Shown: piece after piece, positions 1-10,139 of the stretch
How the letters are laid out: each line of letters begins with the position of its first letter
Position numbering within the stretch: position 1 is the first letter of the stretch
DNA from: Gammaproteobacteria bacterium
GTDB taxonomy: Bacteria > Pseudomonadota > Gammaproteobacteria > SZUA-229
Length of the DNA: 64,000 nucleotides
Direction: 5' to 3'
NCBI GenBank assembly: GCA_026195895.1
Contig: JAPHRO010000021.1
Location: 3,848 to 67,847 of the forward strand
The notes under the pieces: generated by a model
The model's database searches: none
The model's input: only the letters and a program-made list of their open reading frames with translations
Told to the model about the DNA's origin: nothing
Position numbers and translations under genes: made by a program

Positions 1-1423
1 CATTCTTGCTGCCATGGATTTTGCAAGTCCTTTCGCCCATAAAATAGCAGGTGTATTGCCATTTAATATTTTGAGAAGTTATCACACGCTTTTACAAATA
101 TTCTGGTTTTTTATGTGCTGGGTCGGATACACCATTTTCTTTTTACCACGATTAGCTCCAGTTCCAAAGTATCAGGAATTACTGATTAATGTGTTATTCG
201 TTATTTGTGTCATTGTTGGTTTTGGTGGTGTGTTTGGAATTTATTTTGGGCAATCAGGTATATTAACAGGTAGCGCTGCTTACTGGTTTGGTAGCCAGGG
301 CTGGGAATTTATGGAGTTAGGTCGTTTTTTCCAGATGCTATTGTTAGGCGGTTTTGCATTATGGATTTTTATTATTTATCGAGGAGTTAAACCCTGGATC
401 ACTAAAAAAACATTCTGGTCCATACCTGCCTGGCTATTGTGGGGTAGTGGAATAATGGTGTTTTTTCTTTTCTTTGGATTATTTGCCACCATTGACACTA
501 ACTGGGCGATCGCTGATTACTGGCGATGGATGGTGGTGCACATGTGGGTAGAAGTAACTTTTGAAGTATTCACCACGGTTATTGTCGGCTTTATTTTAGT
601 TCAGATGGGTCTGGTAACAAAAACAATGGCAGAGAAAACAATTTATCTGGCTGTCATGTTGTTTTTAATTACTGCAACGATTGGTGTGGCCCATAACTTC
701 TACTGGATTGCCAAACCCACCAGTGTAATTGCACTGGGCAGTGTTTTTTCAACCTTGCAGATATTGCCGTTATTGCTTTTAACACTAGACGCCTGGCAAA
801 TGAGAAAAGAAGGCAAAGGAGCTTATATTAACCAGGAAAATGGACATCAAACTTTTGTAATGGATGGAGTGTGGTTGTTCATACTGGCTGTGAATTTCTG
901 GAATATTTTTGGTGCCGGTGTATTGGGTTCATTAATCAATTTGCCCATTGTTAATTATTATGAACATGCAACCTATCTGACTGGAAATCATGCCCATGCC
1001 GCCATGTTTGGCGTAAAAGGCAACATAGCATTAGCCGGTGCATTGTTTTGTTGTCAGCATCTATTCAATACCGAAAGCTGGAATCCGAGGATTATCAAAC
1101 TGGCATTCTGGTCATTGAATATCGGTGTTGCCCTAATGATGTTCCTTGATCTGTTCCCGGTCGGCCTGTATCAATTATCCATCGTGCTAGATGATGGCTT
1201 GTGGCTGGCAAGAGCGCAACAAACCGTTACTGGAGGCGTATTCCAGACGCTGACATACTTTAGGTCAGTCGGCGGTCTGGTATTTGTTGTCGGCGTTTTG
1301 TCATTGATATGGTTTATTTTATCCAGGGGATTCATGCTAAAGCCTGAGATGGATGCGCCGTCGCAATCAGCAAATAGTGATAGTGATATTGATAGTGACT
1401 GGCAAGAACAAAAAGCTACCTGA
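1..1423 (+). CDS. norB: nitric oxide reductase large subunit (heme-copper oxidase family, qNor/NorB-like). The 5-prime end is cut by the window edge
   Basis: ORF 14..1423 is open to the window edge. It is a polytopic membrane protein with many conserved His (HNFYW, GNHAHAAMFG) and the HxWVE motif (HMWVEVTFE) typical of NorB. The length already exceeds cNorB, so a quinol-type fusion is likely. Confidence 0.5.
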   Translation, partial: ILAAMDFASPFAHKIAGVLPFNILRSYHTLLQIFWFFMCWVGYTIFFLPRLAPVPKYQELLINVLFVICVIVGFGGVFGIYFGQSGILTGSAAYWFGSQGWEFMELGRFFQMLLLGGFALWIFIIYRGVKPWITKKTFWSIPAWLLWGSGIMVFFLFFGLFATIDTNWAIADYWRWMVVHMWVEVTFEVFTTVIVGFILVQMGLVTKTMAEKTIYLAVMLFLITATIGVAHNFYWIAKPTSVIALGSVFSTLQILPLLLLTLDAWQMRKEGKGAYINQENGHQTFVMDGVWLFILAVNFWNIFGAGVLGSLINLPIVNYYEHATYLTGNHAHAAMFGVKGNIALAGALFCCQHLFNTESWNPRIIKLAFWSLNIGVALMMFLDLFPVGLYQLSIVLDDGLWLARAQQTVTGGVFQTLTYFRSVGGLVFVVGVLSLIWFILSRGFMLKPEMDAPSQSANSDSDIDSDWQEQKAT

Positions 1424-1525
1424 TGTTTCTGCTGGTATGTTCAAAAAGAAATTAAAAACTTAAGCTGGCTGTTAGATATTGCAATAGATATTCTGGCAAT
1501 CTAGTGTCTTACTGATTTGACTAGA

Positions 1526-1560
1526 GGCAAGCCCATTAATCTGGGCTTGCCTTTCTTTTG
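1526..1560. terminator. rho-independent terminator between convergent genes
   Basis: GGCAAGCCCA-ttaatc-TGGGCTTGCC hairpin followed by TTTCTTTTG. Confidence 0.7.
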
Positions 1561-1583
1561 TCTAGCGAGCTATTAATTAATGA

Positions 1584-2531
1584 CTAACGTCGCGCCAGTT
1601 GACGGTACTGGTCTTTCAATTCCGTTTTCTGTTGCCGGCCCAGATAGTAGGGCACAATGGATTCAACGGTTGTCGGTTCCGGCGTGCCTTCCTTACAGAC
1701 ACTGTCTACCTGGAGTGACTGGAAGTTGTCGATGGAAAAGGGTTTACCCGGAACCCATTCAAGCATTATGGCCTGAATCTGAGATAATATATCGGGCTGG
1801 CCGATAATCGTTCTTTTTAAACCCAGGGACTGGCCGGTATATTCGACCAGTTCTTTTAAAGTGTATTCTTTGGGGCCGCACAGATCGTAACGCTGGCCAA
1901 AGGTGCCGGGATCATCCAGCGCATCGACGAAACGTCGCGCTACATCGCCGACGAATACGGGGGCAAAGCGGGTGTCGGCACAGGCCAGTGGGAAAATGGG
2001 CATCAGTTTCAGCAGGCCGGCAAAGCGATTGAAGAAACTGTCATTCGGACCGTAGATCACCGAAGGTCGGAAACTGGTGACATTAATTTTGCCGGCAAAT
2101 GAATGTAACTGATTTTCACCTTCGCCTTTGCTGCGCAAATAACGGCTGGGACTGGAATTGGCATCGGCATTCAACGCGCCCATGTGCAGCAGGCGAGATA
2201 TTTTGTTTTCATGGCAGGCATTGAGAATTTTGCGCGGCAGTTCAACATGGGCGTAACGAAAGCCGTCGCCATTGTGTTCACGCTCGTTCAGAATGCCGAC
2301 CAGATTAATTACGGCATCCATACCTTTGAGCTGTTCGTTGAGTACATGCTGGTCATGTACGTTTGCTTCGACGATTTCAATATCGGGAAGAACTGACAAA
2401 TGTTTGCTGCGTTCCTTGCGTCGGGTCAGAACCTTAATGGATTTTCCCGCAGCGCCCAGTTGCGAAATAAGATGTGTGCCGACAAAACCGCTGCCACCCA
2501 GAATACAGATCTTGTTATATTGCATTGCCAT
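1584..2531 (-). CDS. NAD(P)H-binding Rossmann-fold protein (NmrA / complex I NDUFA9-like epimerase-dehydratase family)
   Basis: N-terminal ILGGSGFVGTHL dinucleotide-binding motif. 315 aa. Confidence 0.6.
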   Translation of the reverse strand: MAMQYNKICILGGSGFVGTHLISQLGAAGKSIKVLTRRKERSKHLSVLPDIEIVEANVHDQHVLNEQLKGMDAVINLVGILNEREHNGDGFRYAHVELPRKILNACHENKISRLLHMGALNADANSSPSRYLRSKGEGENQLHSFAGKINVTSFRPSVIYGPNDSFFNRFAGLLKLMPIFPLACADTRFAPVFVGDVARRFVDALDDPGTFGQRYDLCGPKEYTLKELVEYTGQSLGLKRTIIGQPDILSQIQAIMLEWVPGKPFSIDNFQSLQVDSVCKEGTPEPTTVESIVPYYLGRQQKTELKDQYRQLARR

Positions 2532-2727
2532 CAGCCCATACTGTTATTTTTTAGTGCCTGAAATTATACCTTGACATGGTGGTTTATATAACACAATCTT
2601 GGCCCATGATTAATGCAAATCAACAAGTCGCGATGATTATTGCCGGACCCCTGCGCTGGTGCCTGGCAATGAATCTGTGTGGCGGATATTTTGATTAAGT
2701 AATCATTTAACAACTGAATATTTTAAA

Positions 2728-2760
2728 GGCCACAGATTCGCAGGAACTGTGGCCTTTTTT
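2728..2760 (+). terminator. orphan intrinsic terminator-like hairpin in the intergenic region
   Basis: GGCCACAG-N11-CTGTGGCC followed by TTTTTT. There is no annotated plus-strand gene upstream. Confidence 0.5.
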
Positions 2761-2861
2761 ATGTTCATGGAAGAAAGGCTGGCCACAGAGATGGGCGCGC
2801 GCTGCGCTTGCTACAGATTTCTCGTTCGATATCAGTGTTGCCGAGTTTTGCAGGAATCGTT

Positions 2862-3782
2862 ATGGACAGGAACAATAAATTATTAGTTTGGATCGCTTAT
2901 ATATTGATAATCATTATCTGGTCGACCACGCCACTGGCCATTAAGTGGAGTTCAGAGGGGCTTGGCTTTGTGGTGGGAATTACCGGGCGTATGCTTATTG
3001 GATCGGTGATTGCGCTGGCGCTGGTTTTTATCTGGCATAAAAAATTGCCCCTGCACCGCGCGGCGTTACAGGTTTATATGGCTTCAGCTATGGCGATATT
3101 CGGTGCCATGATGCTGGTCTACTGGGGGGCGCAATTCATTCCTTCCGGGCTGGTGTCTGTTGTCTTTGGGCTGACGCCGATTTTCACTGCATGGTTTGCC
3201 ACGCATTTGTTAATCGATGATAAATTCACCCTGACAAAATTTATCGGGGCGCTGCTGGGTGTGGCCGGTCTTGGGGTAATTTTTATTGATCAGATGGCTA
3301 TCGGTAAACAGGCGTTATGGGGCATAGTTGCCGTACTGGCTTCGGTTATAGTGCACTCGATGAGCGCGGTATGGATTAAACGTCTGAATGTAAAATTACC
3401 GGCGCTAACGGTAACTGCTGGTGGCCTGGGTTTTTCCATGCCGTTGTTTCTGCTGGCCTATGTGGTGCTGGCGGAACCCTTGCCGACTGATTTACCTTTG
3501 CGTTCGATCTGGGCTATTGTTTATTTAGGTGTCATGGGTTCTGTTGTTGGTTTTGTCAGTTATTATTTTGTGCTGGCAAGACTCTCAGCATCAAGCGTGG
3601 CGCTGGTAACCCTGATCACACCGGTAACGGCTTTGTGGCTGGGGAATATACTTAATCAGGAACGTATGACGTTTTCTATCCTGGCAGGCACAGGTTTTGT
3701 GCTAATGGGACTCATTTTGCACCAATGGAGCGGTGTTGTATCAAAGCATGTATGGCAAAAAGTAAAAATATTTTCTGGTTAA
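2862..3782 (+). CDS. DMT superfamily (EamA-like) transporter
   Basis: About 10 TM segments and an EamA-like repeat architecture. The start is moved to the ATG at 2862, which is preceded by AGGAA. Confidence 0.6.
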   Translation: MDRNNKLLVWIAYILIIIIWSTTPLAIKWSSEGLGFVVGITGRMLIGSVIALALVFIWHKKLPLHRAALQVYMASAMAIFGAMMLVYWGAQFIPSGLVSVVFGLTPIFTAWFATHLLIDDKFTLTKFIGALLGVAGLGVIFIDQMAIGKQALWGIVAVLASVIVHSMSAVWIKRLNVKLPALTVTAGGLGFSMPLFLLAYVVLAEPLPTDLPLRSIWAIVYLGVMGSVVGFVSYYFVLARLSASSVALVTLITPVTALWLGNILNQERMTFSILAGTGFVLMGLILHQWSGVVSKHVWQKVKIFSG

Positions 3783-5029
3783 TATGTTTTGTCTGTTACA
3801 GCTCCACGGCAGGAGCTGTAACGCATATTCGAAGCATAAGTTTTGCAGGTAACGAGGTTACCCAGGAATCTGTTTTGCGCCGGCAAATGTATATCAGCGA
3901 AGGTGATGTGCTTGATATAAATACAGTAGAAAAATCGGTTCAGGCGATTAGAGATTTAGCATTGTTTAAAACGGTGACTTATTACCTGACCGAAGATTAC
4001 AGTCAAACAGATAAGGACGAGCAGCTTGTCGATCTGGTGATTCAGCTTAAAGAAAAAATTTACCTGCTGGTGTTGCCACGCATTCGGCAGGACGGTGATG
4101 ATACCCATCTGGGTGTGCAGTTGCACTGGGATAACATGTACGGTCTGGATCACCAGATGCGATTCCTGGTTGAAAATCGGGGTACAACGGAAGGGGTTGC
4201 TGAAAACCGACAACGTATCAAATATGTCTATCCCAATGTAAATGGCTCATCTTATGAACTGGCTTTCAAATTAATAAATATGAAGGAAGTGGATGACAAT
4301 GAAGCATCGGGTTCTATTGTCAGGCAGGATCAGAATTTCTCGGTAGGCGTTTCCAAATGGCTGAATGAGCAGGGCAGAAAGTTTGGCTGGTTTATTGGTA
4401 CGGGATTGAATTTTCGATTACGCGACAACGAAGATATTGCCGGCACGCCACTGGATACTGGGCTGGAAGCTTTAATATTTGAGCTGCGTTATGGTTACAA
4501 TAAAGTCCATACCTATGATTACAATCGAGGTGGCCGTGAATTTGGTTATAGCCTTGATGTATCCGATCATGTACTGGGTAGCGATTCAGAATTTTTTAAA
4601 CATGTTCTTTATTACCGTAGTTATTATCGGTTTGAGTCCCGACCTCACGACAATCTAAACGTACAGACTATACTGGGCCATTCAACTGATGACGTGATGG
4701 GTGATGCGGCGTTTACTTTAGGTTCCAGTGATGATTTGCGCGGCTACAGAAATGATCGTTTCGAAGGCAATACCGTGTTGCTGGTTAATATTGAGTATTT
4801 AATGCCGAGTGACTGGAAGCCAGCATTTCGCTATGTTTATTTTATTGATTTCGGCAACACCTATGATGATATTCATGATATGGCACATGAGCCGCTAAAG
4901 ACGGGTCTGGGTGCAGGATTTCGCTGGAAAATACGAAAACTGGTAAAAGTGGATTTGAGAGCAGATCTCGGCTACGGCGTAGATGACGAGGATTTCAGAT
5001 TTACTTTTGGTTTAAGGCATATGTTCTGA
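3752..5029 (+). CDS. Omp85/BamA-family outer-membrane protein (POTRA plus surface antigen D15 beta-barrel), short form
   Basis: The N-terminus is signal-peptide-like (MAKSKNIFWLICFVCYSSTAGA). It has a POTRA-like ISFAGNEVTQESVLRR segment and a C-terminal barrel ending in aromatic residues. The start is moved to 3752, in frame with ORF 3725. Confidence 0.5.
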   Translation: MAKSKNIFWLICFVCYSSTAGAVTHIRSISFAGNEVTQESVLRRQMYISEGDVLDINTVEKSVQAIRDLALFKTVTYYLTEDYSQTDKDEQLVDLVIQLKEKIYLLVLPRIRQDGDDTHLGVQLHWDNMYGLDHQMRFLVENRGTTEGVAENRQRIKYVYPNVNGSSYELAFKLINMKEVDDNEASGSIVRQDQNFSVGVSKWLNEQGRKFGWFIGTGLNFRLRDNEDIAGTPLDTGLEALIFELRYGYNKVHTYDYNRGGREFGYSLDVSDHVLGSDSEFFKHVLYYRSYYRFESRPHDNLNVQTILGHSTDDVMGDAAFTLGSSDDLRGYRNDRFEGNTVLLVNIEYLMPSDWKPAFRYVYFIDFGNTYDDIHDMAHEPLKTGLGAGFRWKIRKLVKVDLRADLGYGVDDEDFRFTFGLRHMF

Positions 5030-5050
5030 TGGGCCAGGCCTGAACTCGAA

Positions 5051-6031
5051 TCACCCCCCAGTGTAAGACATAAACCGTAGCACCTTTTCCGGATGCTCAT
5101 TGAATTCGTGTTTTTCCGGTTTTAAATTAACCGCTGTGCGAATCGCCTGTTCCAGTTCGGCATCAGAGATGCCGGCTCTCAATAAAGGCCGTAATTCAAA
5201 ATTATGGTTCTGGCCGAGACAGGTATAAATGGTGCCATCAACGGATATGCGTACCCGGTTGCAGGTTTCACAGAAGTGCTGCGATAGTGGGGTGATAAAA
5301 CCAATGTTGATATTGGTATCGACCACGTTCATGTAGCGAGCGGGTCCACCGCCTGGCATCACACCCGGCACCAGATCAAAACTTTTTTCCAGTCGCTGTT
5401 TGATTACTTTTAAATCGATGAATTGATCGGTCGCCTTGCGACCCATGTCGCCGACCGGCATGGTTTCGATGAAGCGTAAGGTAAAACCGTGTTCAATACA
5501 GAAGTCGACCATGGCTTCGACTTCGTTGTCGTTGATATCTTTCATCACCACCATGTTGACTTTAATCGGGCTGAGGCCGGCATCTTTGGCCGCCATCAGG
5601 CCATTTAATACTTTTTCCAGTTTGCCACCGGTGAGCTGTTTGAATTTGTCTGCATCGAGGCTGTCGAGGCTGACGTTGATGCGGTCGATGCCGGCAAGTT
5701 TAAGTTCCTCGGCGTGTTTATTCATGCGGGTGCAGTTGGTGCTGAGGGACAGGTCTTCCAGCCCGGGCAGGGCAGATAGCTGGCTGGCCAGCCTGGGCAG
5801 GTCTTTGCGCACCAGCGGTTCGCCGCCGGTGAGGCGTACCCGGCGGGTGCCGAGGCGAGTAAATGCAGCGATCACGCGTTCCAGCTCATCGAAGCTGAGC
5901 CATTCTTCCGGTTCGTGGAAATCATGGAACTGTTTGGGCATGCAGTAGCTGCAACGCAGGTCGCATCGGTCGGTAACCGATACTCGCACATAGTCGATAC
6001 TGCGTCCAAACTGGTCGATGAGCTGTGTCAT
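5051..6031 (-). CDS. moaA: GTP 3',8-cyclase, molybdenum cofactor biosynthesis protein A
   Basis: Radical-SAM motif CDLRCSYCMP and a C-terminal Cys cluster. Collinear with MoaA over its full length. Confidence 0.9.
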   Translation of the reverse strand: MTQLIDQFGRSIDYVRVSVTDRCDLRCSYCMPKQFHDFHEPEEWLSFDELERVIAAFTRLGTRRVRLTGGEPLVRKDLPRLASQLSALPGLEDLSLSTNCTRMNKHAEELKLAGIDRINVSLDSLDADKFKQLTGGKLEKVLNGLMAAKDAGLSPIKVNMVVMKDINDNEVEAMVDFCIEHGFTLRFIETMPVGDMGRKATDQFIDLKVIKQRLEKSFDLVPGVMPGGGPARYMNVVDTNINIGFITPLSQHFCETCNRVRISVDGTIYTCLGQNHNFELRPLLRAGISDAELEQAIRTAVNLKPEKHEFNEHPEKVLRFMSYTGG

Positions 6032-6392
6032 GGTGATGATTATACGTAACTGCTGGAAAACATATCCTTATTTTAAGTCAACTATGGAATAGTGAAATGA
6101 CATTTGACCCGAATAGCCGGGCCATAAAAAAATTATATACCTGTTGGGGTAGGTGTTGGCCATGATGATTTTTTATTGTTTTTAATAAAATCAGTTAAAA
6201 CAATAAGATAGGCTGGCGGAGGTGATTTTTTTAAATCTGCTGTACACTAGTTGGCTTACAGTTTGTTTGCGTTTCCGCAAAAAAATCGTACAGTAGTATA
6301 TAAGAAATTTATGAAACGCTTAACAATCGTGATTAGTCAGGCGTGTATCCGCTACCTATAATCGTCAGCCTTGTGTAAGGGCAGGACTCGTT

Positions 6393-9305
6393 ATGAAACA
6401 TTCCCCTCTAGTTGATCCCTCGGTGGCTGACAGTCGCATCGAGGTCAAAAACACCACCTGTTATATGTGTGCGTGCCGCTGTGGTATCCGCGTGACGCTG
6501 CGCGATGGTGAAGTGCGTTATATTCAGGGTAATCCTGATCATCCGCTTAACCAGGGTGTGATTTGTGCCAAGGGTGCCTCCGGTATCATGAAGCAGTATT
6601 CGCCGGCGCGTCTGACCAAACCCCTGTTGCGCAAACCCGGCACTGATCGAGGTGATGCCCAGTTCGATGAAATATCCTGGGATAAAGCCTTCGAGATCAT
6701 GGAAGAGCGGCTGACCCATTTGCGCGCTACCGACCCTAGCAAGTTCGCCCTGTTTACGGGCCGTGACCAGATGCAGGCGCTCACCGGCATGTTTGCCAAA
6801 CAGTTTGGTACGCCCAACTATGCGGCCCATGGTGGTTTCTGCTCGGTGAATATGGCCACTGGCATGATCTACACCATCGGTGGTTCTTTCTGGGAGTTCG
6901 GTGGACCGGATCTGGATCGTTCCAAATTGTTCATCATGATTGGTACGGCGGAAGACCATCACTCCAATCCGATGAAAATGGCCCTGTCCAAGTTCAAGCG
7001 TAATGGTGGTCGTTTCATTTCCATCAATCCGGTGCGCACCGGTTATTCGGCCATTGCCGATGAGTGGGTGCCGATCAAACCCGGCACCGACGGCGCATTA
7101 ATATTATGTCTGATTCGTGAGCTGATCGAGCAGGGTCTGTATGACCGTGACTTCCTGGTGCAATATTCGAATTCAGCGCAGCTAATCAACACCGATGAAG
7201 CTTCCGATGATCACGGTATGTTTATTCGTACCGAGACCGATAAAGAGGAAGGCTGTTTCGATCCGATGAATGAGCTGTGGTGGGATCGTCATACGGATAA
7301 AGCGGTCAAGACCCATACCGAAGGTGCTGATCCATTCTTAATGGGTGAGTTCACGCTGGAGGATGGTACCCCGGTAAAACCTGCGTTCCAGTTATTGAAA
7401 GATCAGGTTGAACAGTACACGCCGGAATGGGCGGAAGACGTCACCGGCATTCCCGCCGAGACGATTCGTCGTCTGGCCCACGAAATGGGTATCACTGCGC
7501 GTGATGAAAAAATTGAGCTGCCCATTTCCTGGACCGATGCCTGGGGCAAGGAACACGATACCATTACCGGTAATCCGGTGTCTTTCCATTCCATGCGCGG
7601 TACCGCAGCGCACTCTAATGGTTTCCAGACCATTCGAGCACTGGCTATATTAATGTCAATTCTGGGCACCATTGACCGACCCGGTGGTTTCCGTCACAAG
7701 GCGCCATTCCCGCGTCCGATTCCCCCCTGTGCGAAAACGCCAAAAGGGCCTGAAGGTGTTCAGCCCAATACACCGCTCGGTGGTATGCCTTTAGGCTGGC
7801 CGGCTGATCCGAATGATCTGTTTGTCGATGAAAACCAGAAACCGGTACGTATCGATAAAGCCTTCTCCTGGGAATTCCCGCTGTCGGCCCACGGCCTGAT
7901 GCATAACGTTATCACCAATGCCTGGCGCGGCGATCCCTATAGCATCGACACATTAATGATTTTCATGGCCAATATGGCGTGGAACTCGTCGATGAATACC
8001 AGTGAAGTGCGCAAGATGCTCAACGACAGGAATGAGGATGGCGAATACAGGATCCCGTTCATTATTGTGGCGGACGCCTTCCAGTCGGAAATGTCTGCTT
8101 ACGGTGATCTGGTGCTGCCGGATACGACTTATCTGGAGCGCCATGATGTGATGTCGATGCTGGATCGTCCGATTTCTGAATTCGATGGCCCGGTGGATTC
8201 GGTGCGTATCCCGGTGCTGCCGCCAAAGGGTGAATGCAAGCCGTTCCAGGAAGTGCTGATCGAGATGGGTTCGCGGCTAAAACTGCCCGCCTTCGTTAAA
8301 GAAGATGGCGCACGTAAATACCGCGACTACCCCGACTTTGTGGTCAACTACGAAACCGAGCCCGGTTCCGGTATCGGCTTCCTCGCCGGCTGGCGTGGCA
8401 AGGGTGGCGAGAAGTTCATGAAAGGTGAACCGAACCCGAACCAGTGGGAAATGTACGAAAAGAACAACTGTGTCTATCAGTATCATTTGCCCAAGTCTTA
8501 CCAGTACATGCGTAACTGGAACATGGGGTATTTAAGATGGGCGCAGGATCATCGCCTGACCCGTTATGCCGAGCCGATCAATATCCATATTTATTCGGAA
8601 GTGCTGCAGAAATTCCGTCTGGCAGCGCAGGGTAAACGCAAAGGCAAGCAGCCGCCGGATCATTTGCGCAAACGCGTCGAAGAGCATTTCAATCCGTTGC
8701 CGTTTTATTCCGAGCCGCTGGAAGCGCAGCTCACGGATAAACATAAGTACCCGCTGAATGCGCTGACTCAGCGTCCGATGGCCATGTACCATTCCTGGGA
8801 TTCACAGAATGCCTGGCTGCGTCAGATTCACGCGCATAACTACATGCATGTGCATCCATCGCTGGGTGCCAAACACGGCTTCGGCGATGGCGACTGGATC
8901 TGGGTGGAATCCATGCACGGCAAGGTGCGTTGTATGGCGCGCTTTTCCGAGGCGGTTGAGCCGGGCACTATCTGGACCTGGAATGCAGTGGGTAAAGCCT
9001 CCGGCGCCTGGAATCTGGATGGCAAGGCGAATGAATCCAGAAAAGGCTTCCTGCTGAATCATCTGATAGCCGAAGAACTGCCCGCCCATGAAGCCGGCGA
9101 GCATGTGTCCAATTCGGATCCGATCACCGGCCAGGCGGGCTGGTATGACGTGCGGGTGCGTATCTACAGGGCAAAAGATGACGAGCCAGAAGAAACCTGG
9201 CCGCAGTTCGATACTTTGCAGCCTTATCCGGGTATGGATAAACGTAAATCCTGGCTCGGCTTTTTTGCCGGCACGTTTACCAGGAAAGGGGGAGCAGGTA
9301 AATGA
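6393..9305 (+). CDS. soeA: Mo-bisPGD (DMSO reductase family) catalytic subunit, probably cytoplasmic. Likely sulfite dehydrogenase SoeA-like
   Basis: The N-terminal 4Fe-4S motif is C-x2-C-x-C-x-C at residues 23-30, with no twin-arginine leader. The likely Mo-ligand Cys is in HGGFCSVNMATG. 970 aa, followed by FeS and NrfD-type subunits. Confidence 0.5.
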   Translation: MKHSPLVDPSVADSRIEVKNTTCYMCACRCGIRVTLRDGEVRYIQGNPDHPLNQGVICAKGASGIMKQYSPARLTKPLLRKPGTDRGDAQFDEISWDKAFEIMEERLTHLRATDPSKFALFTGRDQMQALTGMFAKQFGTPNYAAHGGFCSVNMATGMIYTIGGSFWEFGGPDLDRSKLFIMIGTAEDHHSNPMKMALSKFKRNGGRFISINPVRTGYSAIADEWVPIKPGTDGALILCLIRELIEQGLYDRDFLVQYSNSAQLINTDEASDDHGMFIRTETDKEEGCFDPMNELWWDRHTDKAVKTHTEGADPFLMGEFTLEDGTPVKPAFQLLKDQVEQYTPEWAEDVTGIPAETIRRLAHEMGITARDEKIELPISWTDAWGKEHDTITGNPVSFHSMRGTAAHSNGFQTIRALAILMSILGTIDRPGGFRHKAPFPRPIPPCAKTPKGPEGVQPNTPLGGMPLGWPADPNDLFVDENQKPVRIDKAFSWEFPLSAHGLMHNVITNAWRGDPYSIDTLMIFMANMAWNSSMNTSEVRKMLNDRNEDGEYRIPFIIVADAFQSEMSAYGDLVLPDTTYLERHDVMSMLDRPISEFDGPVDSVRIPVLPPKGECKPFQEVLIEMGSRLKLPAFVKEDGARKYRDYPDFVVNYETEPGSGIGFLAGWRGKGGEKFMKGEPNPNQWEMYEKNNCVYQYHLPKSYQYMRNWNMGYLRWAQDHRLTRYAEPINIHIYSEVLQKFRLAAQGKRKGKQPPDHLRKRVEEHFNPLPFYSEPLEAQLTDKHKYPLNALTQRPMAMYHSWDSQNAWLRQIHAHNYMHVHPSLGAKHGFGDGDWIWVESMHGKVRCMARFSEAVEPGTIWTWNAVGKASGAWNLDGKANESRKGFLLNHLIAEELPAHEAGEHVSNSDPITGQAGWYDVRVRIYRAKDDEPEETWPQFDTLQPYPGMDKRKSWLGFFAGTFTRKGGAGK

Positions 9306-10033
9306 CCCAGTTAGCATTAGTAATAGACTTAAATGTCTGCGTTGGCTGTAGTGCCTGCGTAACCTCCTGTAAAGAATGGAATACTTCAGGTCCTGCGGGT
9401 TTTATGTCGGATGACAATCCCTATCAGGCAGAGCCCACCGGCACCTTCTTTAATCGCGTCCAAACTTACGAAGTCGGTTGTTTCCCGAATACGGAAACCA
9501 TTCACTTTCCGAAAAGCTGTCTGCATTGTGAAGATGCGCCCTGCGTGCCGGTGTGTCCCACCGGCGCCAGTTACAAACGCGAAGAAGACGGCATTGTGCT
9601 GGTGGATTACGACAAGTGCATCGGTTGTAAGTATTGTTCGTGGGCCTGTCCTTACGGCGCCCGTGAATTCGATGAGCACCAGAAGGTAATGAAAAAATGC
9701 ACCCTGTGTGTGGATCGTATTTATGACGAGTCATTACCCGAGTCCGAGCGGAAACCGGCCTGTGTATTGTCATGCCCAACCAGTGCGCGTCTGTTTGGTG
9801 ATGTGGAAGATCCCGAGTCCGAAGTATCGGTGGCGATTCGTGAAGAAGGTGGTTATCCATTGATGCCCGAGTGGGGCACCAAACCATCGAATCATTATTT
9901 GCCACGGCGTAAGCAGCATCTGCACATCCATGAGGATGAGCTGATACGCGCGGATAATCCGCTGAAGAAAGAAGAGCGTCAGCCTTCTGGACCGGTCGAT
10001 GCGCCGACACTGGACGATTCAACCAGTTGGTAG
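9302..10033 (+). CDS. soeB: 4Fe-4S dicluster iron-sulfur subunit (DmsB/PsrB/SoeB-like)
   Basis: Four Cys clusters of the CxxCxxCxxxCP type. The ATGA start overlaps the soeA stop. 243 aa. Confidence 0.6.
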   Translation: MTQLALVIDLNVCVGCSACVTSCKEWNTSGPAGFMSDDNPYQAEPTGTFFNRVQTYEVGCFPNTETIHFPKSCLHCEDAPCVPVCPTGASYKREEDGIVLVDYDKCIGCKYCSWACPYGAREFDEHQKVMKKCTLCVDRIYDESLPESERKPACVLSCPTSARLFGDVEDPESEVSVAIREEGGYPLMPEWGTKPSNHYLPRRKQHLHIHEDELIRADNPLKKEERQPSGPVDAPTLDDSTSW

Positions 10034-10050
10034 GATAACGATCCAGCTCA

Positions 10051-10139
10051 CCCCTGAGTGGTTCCATTTCTGCGTTGAAAAATGGACATTTGCATGTGCA
10101 AACTTACTTTTTTCGCCTTGATCTGGAACCACTCAGGGG
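10051..10139. repeat. nested inverted repeat (structured element) inside the operon
   Basis: The 16-nt arms CCCCTGAGTGGTTCCA and TGGAACCACTCAGGGG flank an inner perfect palindrome TTTGCATGTGCAAA and a smaller CCATTT/AAATGG hairpin. Confidence 0.5.

Noticed and set aside
5436-5948. 170-aa plus-strand ORF inside moaA
   Set aside because: It is antisense to a well-supported moaA. It is S/R/L-rich and low-complexity, as expected for the reverse frame of a coding region.
6408-6962. 184-aa and 92-aa minus-strand ORFs inside the Mo enzyme gene, and similar ORFs at 7392-7672, 8277-9317 and 9386-10067
   Set aside because: These are antisense or shadow ORFs within a strongly supported 970-aa gene and its partner. 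They have no motifs and a biased Arg/Gly/Pro composition.
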